A DNA stretch of 64,000 nt, taken from IMG/VR virus record IMGVR_UViG_3300030109_004684; one strand, 5' to 3'. Numbering within the stretch: the stretch's first letter is position 1; each line of letters starts with the position of its first letter. Below are positions 7,477-15,483 of this stretch, in pieces. The stretch is from an uncultured virus (IMG/VR IMGVR_UViG_3300030109_004684). Lineage: Duplodnaviria > Heunggongvirae > Uroviricota > Caudoviricetes > Crassvirales. The notes beneath the pieces are model-generated. The model was not told the origin of the DNA. It was given only the letters and a program-made list of their open reading frames with translations, and made no database searches. Position numbers and translations under genes: made by a program.

Positions 7477-8089
7477 CGAAAGAAATTTAAAATATTTAAA
7501 TAATAACCGCATCGTATACCGTAGACACCCGGTAACAGATAAACCAGACATAGATAATGAAGTGTATATGTTTTATCTAAACGGTACATATGAGTGCTAT
7601 GAGCTATTTAGATCTTCAGCAAAGATAACAACATACAGATCTTTAAAGTGGCATCTATTAGTATTATGGTATTTAAACCCTCAATTTGACGATGCTGATA
7701 TGATGGACTTAGCAAGATATATAACTAATAAGCAAAATGGTTTTGTAGCTTTTAATATAAATAGATGGGACCTTGCTAAAATAGTATACGAAGTTAGTGT
7801 ATGTGATTTAGATGAGCCACCAAAGAATAAGCTACGTAAAGTTATATTTAAACCGTTTACACTTATAAGCAAAGAAGAAAAGTTACGTATTGTAGGTGAA
7901 TTAATAGGTAGAAGTAAACTTATTACAAAAGGTGATATATATGACTGTATGTTAGAAATAAATAACAACAAAGAAAAAATAACAATAACTAAATTATCTA
8001 AGTTATTGAAATGTGCAACTAGAACAATACATAGAAATATGTGTTTAGAATTAAAACGAGAAAAAGAACTTTTAAATAAACAACTATGA
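7469..8089 (+). CDS. DNA-binding protein with C-terminal HTH (possible PriCT-1-like middle region)
   Basis: ITITKLSKLLKCATRTIHRNM is HTH-like. Confidence 0.7.
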   Translation: MSHERNLKYLNNNRIVYRRHPVTDKPDIDNEVYMFYLNGTYECYELFRSSAKITTYRSLKWHLLVLWYLNPQFDDADMMDLARYITNKQNGFVAFNINRWDLAKIVYEVSVCDLDEPPKNKLRKVIFKPFTLISKEEKLRIVGELIGRSKLITKGDIYDCMLEINNNKEKITITKLSKLLKCATRTIHRNMCLELKREKELLNKQL

Positions 8090-8841
8090 AATACTATAAT
8101 GTAGAAAATTATGTAAGATATAAACAAGAAGTGTTAACGGCTGTTAAAAGACTGCCTAAAATACCCGTAACAGAGTATAGTGATGAACAACTTAATATTA
8201 AATTTCTACCTCTTGTAGAAAATTTAGCAAGAAAGTTTAGCACTACACAACAAGCATCAGGTGTTATGTCTATTATGGATATGATACAATGCGGTAATAT
8301 AGGTTTAACACAATCAATAAAAAAATTAGACAGAGATAAACTAAAAGAATCAGATGATATAGATAAAACATTAAAATCTTTCTTTTCAAAAAGAATTAAA
8401 GGCACTATACGAAGACAAATAGATTATAATAGAGGTAATATAAGAATACCAGAACACAAGATGAACGAGATACGTAAAAACTTTGGTAAAGACAAACGAA
8501 TGGTTGAAATGTTTTTTAATAGTGTATTTTTAAGTATTGATGCTAACCCATCAGATGAAAATATGGTTTATCAAATACCTGACCAATCAGAACCTTACAA
8601 TATAGATATGATGAATATATATTTAACTTCTTTATTACGACAACATTTAACAGTGAAAGAGTTTGATGTATTAAGATTAAGCTACGGATTAAACTGTGAC
8701 AAACACTCTGCTAGTGAAATAGCTAAACATTTAAATATTGAGGGTAGCAGTGCTTATGTGCGTGTTTCACAATTAAAAAAGCAAGCTGTAGATAAACTAA
8801 TAGAAAACGTAGATCACTCGCAAGTGCTTGATTTTCTATAG
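8086..8841 (+). CDS. Sigma70-family RNA polymerase sigma factor
   Basis: Region 2 (LPLVENLARKF...DMIQCGNIGL...RIKGTIRRQID, IRIPEH) and region 4 (VLRLSYGL...SASEIAKHL...VRVSQLKKQAVDKL). Confidence 0.88.
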   Translation: MKYYNVENYVRYKQEVLTAVKRLPKIPVTEYSDEQLNIKFLPLVENLARKFSTTQQASGVMSIMDMIQCGNIGLTQSIKKLDRDKLKESDDIDKTLKSFFSKRIKGTIRRQIDYNRGNIRIPEHKMNEIRKNFGKDKRMVEMFFNSVFLSIDANPSDENMVYQIPDQSEPYNIDMMNIYLTSLLRQHLTVKEFDVLRLSYGLNCDKHSASEIAKHLNIEGSSAYVRVSQLKKQAVDKLIENVDHSQVLDFL

Positions 8842-8851
8842 GTTATATAGT

Positions 8852-8878
8852 TAAATATGAATAATAATGTGTGATTAT
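8852..8878 (+). promoter_or_regulatory. Class II promoter motif upstream of the recombination/replication genes
   Basis: TAAATA-tgaataataatgt-GTGATTAT immediately after the sigma gene. Confidence 0.7.
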
Positions 8879-8902
8879 AATAATATACCAAATACCAATA
8901 AT

Positions 8903-9457
8903 ATGAAAGAATTAAACCAAAAACTAGCTAAAATTCAAACTGAATTAAAAGTTAAAAAATCAAGTTACAACAGCTTTGGTAAATACAATTTTCGTAAAGC
9001 TGAAGATATCCTAGAGGCTACAAAGCCTTTCTTACTGAAACATGGCGTTACAGTTACTATTAACGAAGAGTTTATAATGACTGACCCTGTTCCAACAATA
9101 AAATCAATAGCAACAATAACAGACGGTAAAGACAGTATAAATGCTACTGCTATAGTCGGTGTAGACTTAAATCAAAAAGGTATGCAAACAGCACAACAGT
9201 TTGGTGCAGCATCATCTTATGGTAAAAAGTATGCGCTAGGTAATTTATTTTTAATTGACGACACGGCAGATGCAGACGCAACTAATAACCACGCTAATTC
9301 TAGCGCTGTAAATAAAATAAAACAAGCTGCAAAGCCAGCTATTACTACAGAGCAAATGAATAAAGCAAAAGATTATATAAAATCAGGCGGTGATATAAAA
9401 GCTATTGAGTCTAAGTACAAATTAACACAACAACAAATTAAACAATTAACATTATGA
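8903..9457 (+). CDS. ERF-family ssDNA annealing protein
   Basis: KSSYNSFGKYNFRKAEDILEA and QQFGAASSYGKKYALGNLFLIDD are ERF signatures; likelier start 8903. Confidence 0.9.
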   Translation: MKELNQKLAKIQTELKVKKSSYNSFGKYNFRKAEDILEATKPFLLKHGVTVTINEEFIMTDPVPTIKSIATITDGKDSINATAIVGVDLNQKGMQTAQQFGAASSYGKKYALGNLFLIDDTADADATNNHANSSAVNKIKQAAKPAITTEQMNKAKDYIKSGGDIKAIESKYKLTQQQIKQLTL

Positions 9458-9834
9458 AAACAATTAAAATAACACTTTTATGTTTATTTATATCTGTTTT
9501 ATCTTACAGTCAAGATACTATTTGGGTAATGGTTAACGGTACTAATATGCATTACTTTAGTAAAAACATGAAGATAATAAAAAGTACAGATCACTATAAC
9601 GACTATGATTATAAAGATTATAAAATAACAATAAAAAAAAATCAGATACTAGTTCTTGACTTATATGATAGCTGTGTATATTGTAAACGTAAATACATAA
9701 ACTATAGAGATTTATTAATAGAAGGTAGAGTGTTTGACGAAGTAATAAAAAAAAGCTACGCAAGTTCTGACAATACTTATTATATAAACGGTAGTAAAAT
9801 AAAATCAATAACAGTACTAAAACCAAATGAATAA
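9454..9834 (+). CDS. Exported hypothetical protein
   Basis: Signal peptide MKTIKITLLCLFISVLSYSQ. Confidence 0.7.
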   Translation: MKTIKITLLCLFISVLSYSQDTIWVMVNGTNMHYFSKNMKIIKSTDHYNDYDYKDYKITIKKNQILVLDLYDSCVYCKRKYINYRDLLIEGRVFDEVIKKSYASSDNTYYINGSKIKSITVLKPNE

Positions 9835-10558
9835 AAAACAAATATTAAAAAAGCTTGAACAAGATGAACATTATTATGGTGACTTTGGTAATCAATATTT
9901 ATCTAACTCACATGTTAGTAGACTATTAAAAGATCCATTAAATGTTTTCAAGCCTAGTAAGCCATCGCCAGCGTTTTTAGTTGGTGGGTATTTCCATACG
10001 TGTATATTAGAACCAAACAAGATAGATAAATATAAAGTTGTTAAGTCTAGTACTAGAAATACAAAAGAATATAAAGATGTAAGTGGTGGTGAGCTATGTC
10101 TACTACAACACGAAGTAGACACAATTGAATTAATGAGAGAAAAAGTAATGAACAATGATATATGTAAAGATCTTATACAATTAGGCAATGTTGAATATGA
10201 GGTGCCAGGTATTACAGATTTATTTAGTAATAAATGGAAAGGTAAAGCAGATATTGTTAATCACGATGAAAAGTTAATCATTGATTTAAAAACAACTGCA
10301 GACATTGATAAGTTTCAATGGTCAGCGTCTAAGTATAACTATGATTCACAGGCTTATATTTATAGTAAGCTGTTCGGATATGAGATGTTATTTATAGTTA
10401 TCGATAAAGCTACACATAAAATAGGTATGTTTGACTGTTCACCAGAATTTTATGCCCGTGGCGAAGACAAGGTGCGTAGAGCAAGTGAAGCTTATGACTT
10501 GTTTTACAAGACCAAGGATTTTGATCCTAAACAGTATTTCATAAGCAAAACCTTATAA
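9827..10558 (+). CDS. PD-(D/E)XK exonuclease, RecE/exonuclease VIII-like
   Basis: LSNSHVS, GGYFHTCILEP, KGKADIV, IIDLKTT and YDSQAYIY motifs. Confidence 0.85.
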   Translation: MNKKQILKKLEQDEHYYGDFGNQYLSNSHVSRLLKDPLNVFKPSKPSPAFLVGGYFHTCILEPNKIDKYKVVKSSTRNTKEYKDVSGGELCLLQHEVDTIELMREKVMNNDICKDLIQLGNVEYEVPGITDLFSNKWKGKADIVNHDEKLIIDLKTTADIDKFQWSASKYNYDSQAYIYSKLFGYEMLFIVIDKATHKIGMFDCSPEFYARGEDKVRRASEAYDLFYKTKDFDPKQYFISKTL

Positions 10559-10567
10559 ACCTAAATT

Positions 10568-10732
10568 ATGCCAAATAGACAAAAAACATGTAGCGTAACT
10601 GGTGTTAAAACTTCTATACATAACTTCTATCAGAATCAAAATCATTTGAAAGCTGTAGATAATTTAAGAAGAAATACTGGTGCTACAAAAGAACAAATAA
10701 CAAGAATGTTTAACCAAATAAATAATTATTAA
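10568..10732 (+). CDS. Small hypothetical protein (54 aa)
   Basis: MPNRQKTCSVTGVKTSIHNFY...; fills the gap up to the SSB start. Confidence 0.6.
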   Translation: MPNRQKTCSVTGVKTSIHNFYQNQNHLKAVDNLRRNTGATKEQITRMFNQINNY

Positions 10733-11041
10733 ATGGCAAGTATTATTAAAACAAGTATTAACCTTAACAATATACCTAAAGATAAAATATTTGAAGGTAA
10801 AAAAGGTAAATACTTACCAATCACAATTACAATAAATGATGAAACAGATCAGTTTGGTAATCAAGGACCTGTAGTTGTAGAACAAACTAAGGAAGAAAGA
10901 GATGCTAAGGCAGCTAAAACTTATCTTGGTAATGTAAAAGTAGTTTGGACTAATGGTCAAAATGTTGACACAGCTCCAAGAGATAACAACTCAGCACCAG
11001 CAACTGCTCCTGCTGCTGCTGAACAAGACTTACCGTTTTAA
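10733..11041 (+). CDS. Single-stranded DNA-binding protein (putative)
   Basis: Beta-rich body, flexible linker and acidic tip EQDLPF; lies between the nuclease and the primase-helicase. Confidence 0.75.
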   Translation: MASIIKTSINLNNIPKDKIFEGKKGKYLPITITINDETDQFGNQGPVVVEQTKEERDAKAAKTYLGNVKVVWTNGQNVDTAPRDNNSAPATAPAAAEQDLPF

Positions 11042-12750
11042 TGAATAAAGAAGAGATCAATGGATTTGTTATTGACCAGTTCAATCAACATGGCCTGAAA
11101 GAAGGTGCCTCACAGGGGGTTTGTCCTTTGTGTTCGCATACCAGGAAACCTAAAAATCAAAAAGCACAGTGTGCTAGTTATGATTGGGAACGTGGTCTCG
11201 GTACATGTCACAACTGTAACAAAACATTTCAATTACATACTTATCAACGTAAAGGTGTTAGTGAAAGAGTTTATGTAAGACCAGAAACTCCAGAACAATT
11301 TAATGAGATAAGTACAAATGTTGAAACATGGTTTGGTACAAGAGGTATATCAAAACAAACACTCAAAGACCTTCGTGTAAATGAAGGTCTTGAGTTTATG
11401 CCTCAAACTGGTAAAAAAGAAAATACAATACAATTTAACTATTATATAGGTGATCAACTTATTAATATTAAATATCGTGATGGTAGAAAAAACTTTAAGC
11501 TTTATAAAGGCGCTGAAAAAGTATTTTATAATATTGATTCAATAGTAGGGTATGACACTTGCGTTATAACTGAAGGTGAAATGGATGTGTTAGCTTTACA
11601 CGAAGCCGGTATACCAAATGTTATTTCAGTGCCAAATGGTGCCACATTAAATAATAATAACTTAGATTATTTAGATAATTGTATTGATTATTTTGATGAC
11701 AAGACTAGAATTATATTAGCTGTTGATGCTGATGAACCCGGTCAAATGTTACAACGAGAGTTGGTTAGACGTCTTGGAGCAGAAGTATGTTATCTTATAG
11801 ACTTTAACGGTAATAAAGATGCTAACGACTTTTTATTAGAGCACGGAGCTGAAGCATTGCGTAGTGCTATACATAATTCAAGACCAGTGCCACTTGAAAA
11901 TGTATCAACCTTAAAAGACGTAGAAGATGAACTTAGAGACTTTGTTAAAAATGGATTTAAACCTGGTTTCCAAATCGGACTTCAAAACTTTGATAAAATA
12001 TTTAGTACATACACTGGTCAGTTTATTACTGTTACTGGTATCCCTAGTTCTGGTAAGTCTGATTTTGTCGATCAAATGGTTGTCGGTTATAATAATTTAT
12101 ATGGTTGGAAAACTGCGTACGCAAGTCCAGAAAACCAACCGGTATATTTACACGCTCATAAACTAATGCGTAAAACATGGCAAGACATGCCTTCACCAGG
12201 TGATATCGGAGGAGGTAAATGGAAAGAAGTAGCAGACCACGTAAACGATAATTACTTCTTTATTGACATGGACAAATACAGTTTAGATTCTGTATTACGT
12301 AAAGGTGCTGAGCTTGTGAAACGTAAAGGTATTAAATGTTTAGTTATTGATCCGTTTAATAAGATCAGAGACACTAACGCTGCGTCAGATGATGTAAACC
12401 GTTATACAATGGATTACTTAGCTAAGATCGAAACTTTTTGTAAAAAATATGATGTGTTAACTTTTATAGTTGCTCACCCAACTAAAATGTACAAGGGTCA
12501 AGATGGTAAAATAGAAGAACCTACAATGTATAATATTAAAGGTGGTGGTGAATGGTACGATGCTAGTTACCACGGCTTGTTAGTACATAGAGACTATGAT
12601 GCAAGAACTACAAAAGTAAAAGTACTTAAAGTTAAGTTTCAAAACTTAGGTGAAAATGGTGCTGAATCACATTTTACTTGGGAACCAAGGTCTGGTAGTT
12701 TTATACCTCATGAAACAGTAGATGAAAACGAACCAATGCCTTGGGAATAA
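11041..12750 (+). CDS. Bifunctional primase-helicase (T7 gp4/Twinkle-like)
   Basis: Zn finger CPLC...CHNC, TOPRIM motifs ITEGEMD, DADEPG and KDAND, Walker A GIPSSGKS, LVIDP, VAHP. Confidence 0.93.
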   Translation: MNKEEINGFVIDQFNQHGLKEGASQGVCPLCSHTRKPKNQKAQCASYDWERGLGTCHNCNKTFQLHTYQRKGVSERVYVRPETPEQFNEISTNVETWFGTRGISKQTLKDLRVNEGLEFMPQTGKKENTIQFNYYIGDQLINIKYRDGRKNFKLYKGAEKVFYNIDSIVGYDTCVITEGEMDVLALHEAGIPNVISVPNGATLNNNNLDYLDNCIDYFDDKTRIILAVDADEPGQMLQRELVRRLGAEVCYLIDFNGNKDANDFLLEHGAEALRSAIHNSRPVPLENVSTLKDVEDELRDFVKNGFKPGFQIGLQNFDKIFSTYTGQFITVTGIPSSGKSDFVDQMVVGYNNLYGWKTAYASPENQPVYLHAHKLMRKTWQDMPSPGDIGGGKWKEVADHVNDNYFFIDMDKYSLDSVLRKGAELVKRKGIKCLVIDPFNKIRDTNAASDDVNRYTMDYLAKIETFCKKYDVLTFIVAHPTKMYKGQDGKIEEPTMYNIKGGGEWYDASYHGLLVHRDYDARTTKVKVLKVKFQNLGENGAESHFTWEPRSGSFIPHETVDENEPMPWE

Positions 12751-12780
12751 TACAAACTAAATACAAACCAATTGGATAAT
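12751..12780 (+). promoter_or_regulatory. Class I promoter motif upstream of the nucleotide-metabolism cluster
   Basis: TACAAACTAAATACA-aaccaat-TGGATAAT. Confidence 0.8.
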
Positions 12781-12784
12781 ATAT

Positions 12785-13048
12785 ATGTATAAAAACTGGC
12801 ACAGAGCACCAAGTAAAAAACCACCGCAAAGGTCTTGGTTAGACGAAGAAATAAAAATAATAAGCTGGTGTATGAATAAAAATATAAAAGTATCTATAAG
12901 TCCTGATTGGAAAGACGAACTATTAAGATGGAAAATTGAAATAAATATAAACGGCAAAGTACACACAGATCCAAATAGATATGATGACAATGTTGTTTAT
13001 AATAAGTTTAACGAATATTATAAATACTACTATGACAAATATAATTAA
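12785..13048 (+). CDS. Hypothetical protein
   Basis: 87-aa ORF starting 4 nt after a class I motif. Confidence 0.7.
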   Translation: MYKNWHRAPSKKPPQRSWLDEEIKIISWCMNKNIKVSISPDWKDELLRWKIEININGKVHTDPNRYDDNVVYNKFNEYYKYYYDKYN

Positions 13049-13161
13049 AGAAATTAATGATAATCAAATTAAAACAACAGAAAAAGGTGTTGATAAAATA
13101 TATACAAAAATAAAATACAATAAATACTACAATTATTATATTAAATACAAGGAAGAATATT

Positions 13162-13800
13162 ATGCTTAAATTTAGAAATGCAAATGAAGCTTATGAGTAC
13201 ATGCACGACCGTATTATACAAGACGGCGTAGACTTTGCTGGTACAAAAGCTTTATTTAATGTAGGGTTTTATATAACAGATCCTATGGATAACAAAATAA
13301 TAAACAGAGAACGTAACTGGAAACAAGATTATGCTGAGGCTGAATGGCAATGGTATTTATCTGGCGATCCTAATATAAGTAAGCTAGGAGATATATACGG
13401 TAAAATTCCAGAGATATGGAAACGTATGGCTGACGACGAGGGTAATGTAAACTCTAACTATGGTTATCAATGGCAAAGAAGTGATCAACTTAGAAAAGTT
13501 ATAGCTGACTTAAAAGAAAACCCTGAGACTAGACAAGCTGCAATATCTATTTATGATGCTAAAGAAAAAGCAGCTTATCAACACGACACGCCTTGCACTT
13601 ATGCAGTACAATTTACAATATTACATGGTAGACTTGATATGTGTGTAACGATGCGTAGCAATGATCTTTGGTATGGTTTTTGTAATGATCAGTATTGTTT
13701 TTCTATGTTACAAGGTTTAGTCGCATATGAATTAAATGTTGAACCTGGTGTGTATTATCACTTTGCGCATAATATGCACCTATATAATGATAAAATATGA
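13162..13800 (+). CDS. Thymidylate-synthase-family enzyme, probably a dCMP hydroxymethylase/methylase
   Basis: Catalytic PC (DTPCTYAVQF) and MRSNDLWYGFCND, with Asp where ThyA has the dUMP-specifying Asn; resembles T4 gp42 MRSNDVVFGFRND. Confidence 0.8.
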   Translation: MLKFRNANEAYEYMHDRIIQDGVDFAGTKALFNVGFYITDPMDNKIINRERNWKQDYAEAEWQWYLSGDPNISKLGDIYGKIPEIWKRMADDEGNVNSNYGYQWQRSDQLRKVIADLKENPETRQAAISIYDAKEKAAYQHDTPCTYAVQFTILHGRLDMCVTMRSNDLWYGFCNDQYCFSMLQGLVAYELNVEPGVYYHFAHNMHLYNDKI

Positions 13801-14606
13801 CTTATTGTATTTACCATATACCGGGTGTAAAAATAGGTGTAACAAACAACGTTAAGTACCGTGTTGAACAACAACAAGGTTATTATGAAGACGAGTATGA
13901 AATAATTGAAATGTCAGAAGATATAAACTATATATCTAAAAGAGAGCTCGAGCTACAAAGACAATATGGTTATAGCGTTGATGAAGAACTTTATAGTAAA
14001 TTAAAATGTAATCAAATGAAAATAAACGTAACAGAAATGACTACGACATTCCCTTGTCCGGTCAATAAATTAAAAGGCAGACTACTAGATAATGTAGGCA
14101 TGTCATGGGAAACTTCTTTTGGCCATTGTATAATAACAGAAAAATCTATAGAGTGGATAATGAATAATATATCATCATCTAAATATAGCAACGAAAGATG
14201 TTATGTATACAATAGGGCTTTTGCTAGATGGTTTGATAACAATAGTGTTCACAAAACTAGAACTGGCGGTATTATGTCTGATCACAGAATCACAAACTGT
14301 ACACCAAAATGTGAAATCAGTAGATTTGATAAAATAAGATTATGGGCTAATGAAAGAGGTTTGTATGACAAAGGTGATGCTAAAACACAAACATTAAAAC
14401 TTATGGAAGAAGCTGGTGAAATATGTAGGGCTGTGATTAAAAACGATAAACCAGAAGTTATAGATGGTATTGGTGATTGTGTAGTTGTATTAACTAATCT
14501 AGCTGAGCTAGCAGGTACTACTATTGAAAACTGTATTGATGCAGCGTACAACGAGATAAAAGATAGAACAGGTAAAATGAGTAATGGAACATTTAAAAAA
14601 GATTAA
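13797..14606 (+). CDS. MazG-like NTP pyrophosphohydrolase with an N-terminal GIY-YIG-like domain
   Basis: C-terminal KLMEEAGE...IDGIGDCVVVL; N-terminal YCIYHIPGVKIGVTNNVKYRVEQQ. Confidence 0.8.
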   Translation: MTYCIYHIPGVKIGVTNNVKYRVEQQQGYYEDEYEIIEMSEDINYISKRELELQRQYGYSVDEELYSKLKCNQMKINVTEMTTTFPCPVNKLKGRLLDNVGMSWETSFGHCIITEKSIEWIMNNISSSKYSNERCYVYNRAFARWFDNNSVHKTRTGGIMSDHRITNCTPKCEISRFDKIRLWANERGLYDKGDAKTQTLKLMEEAGEICRAVIKNDKPEVIDGIGDCVVVLTNLAELAGTTIENCIDAAYNEIKDRTGKMSNGTFKKD

Positions 14607-14916
14607 TATGAGTGAAAGAGAAATTATGGATGCCAAAAACGGTATCGAATCAAGAAAAGAATATGCATTTAGAGATCCAGTCGTTAGACACGTTTGCGAT
14701 AAGTTTGTAAAACGATCTAACGTAGGTTATGAAAAGTATAACAATACTTTAGATGACGAGCGTAGGTTTAAAATGAAAAACCTACAAGGTTATTTAAATG
14801 ATATACAAGAAGAACTTATGGATGCGATATTATATATACAAACAGCCAGAGAAGAGCTTCGTGATTTATCTGAGGAAGCTTTAATTGATAAGTTTAAGTA
14901 TGATGAAGAAATTTAA
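14584..14916 (+). CDS. All-alpha NTP-pyrophosphatase-like protein
   Basis: RSNVGYEKYNNTL...IQEELMDAILY (EExxD metal-binding pattern); true start may be 14608. Confidence 0.6.
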   Translation: MEHLKKINMSEREIMDAKNGIESRKEYAFRDPVVRHVCDKFVKRSNVGYEKYNNTLDDERRFKMKNLQGYLNDIQEELMDAILYIQTAREELRDLSEEALIDKFKYDEEI

Positions 14917-15349
14917 ACGTAAACGTGGTCCCGTTAGAAGTAAAAAAGTCACATATGACGGGATCAAATTTGCTTCTGGTTTAGAACGTTATATGTATCA
15001 AGCTTTAAAAAAAGCTAAGATAAAAGCTAAGTATGAAGGACAAACATATATACTACAAGAGGCTTTTAGTTTTAAAGTTGATTCATTTGAAAGACAAAGT
15101 AATGGTAAAGGTGATATGGTAAATAGAGGACAAAAGAAAATTTTAAATATAAAATATACACCAGACTTTGTATCTGAAACATTTATAATTGAATGTAAAG
15201 GTAGAGCTAATGAAAGCTTTCCAATAAGATGGAAAATGTTTAAGAAATATGTTAATGATAATTTAAAACATGTGACTTTATATAAACCTCAAAACCAGAA
15301 AGAGTGTGACAAAGTAATAGAGTTAATAATTAAAAATAAAAACAAATGA
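14885..15349 (+). CDS. PD-(D/E)XK endonuclease (T7 endonuclease I/Holliday resolvase-like)
   Basis: YDGIKFASGLE, YTPDF and IIECKG motifs. Confidence 0.8.
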   Translation: MISLSMMKKFKRKRGPVRSKKVTYDGIKFASGLERYMYQALKKAKIKAKYEGQTYILQEAFSFKVDSFERQSNGKGDMVNRGQKKILNIKYTPDFVSETFIIECKGRANESFPIRWKMFKKYVNDNLKHVTLYKPQNQKECDKVIELIIKNKNK

Positions 15350-15483
15350 AAAATTGGGAATTAAGTTTTGGGTTTTACCCAGGTATAATCGTAGGTTTTA
15401 GAACCTATAATGAAGTTAAAAAGAATAATCACGTATTGTATGTGCCATTTGTTGACATATGTTTAACTACATATAATGACTAA
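15346..15483 (+). CDS. Small hypothetical protein (45 aa)
   Basis: MKNWELSFGFYPGIIVGFRTY...; bridges the endonuclease and RNR genes with overlaps. Confidence 0.55.
   Translation: MKNWELSFGFYPGIIVGFRTYNEVKKNNHVLYVPFVDICLTTYND

Noticed and set aside
13162..13800. Plain thyA label
   Set aside because: The specificity residue is Asp, not Asn, so the gene symbol was withheld.
15270..15312. TGTGAC half-sites as further palindrome copies
   Set aside because: No GCC/GGC arms or opposing half-site, and they lie within coding sequence.
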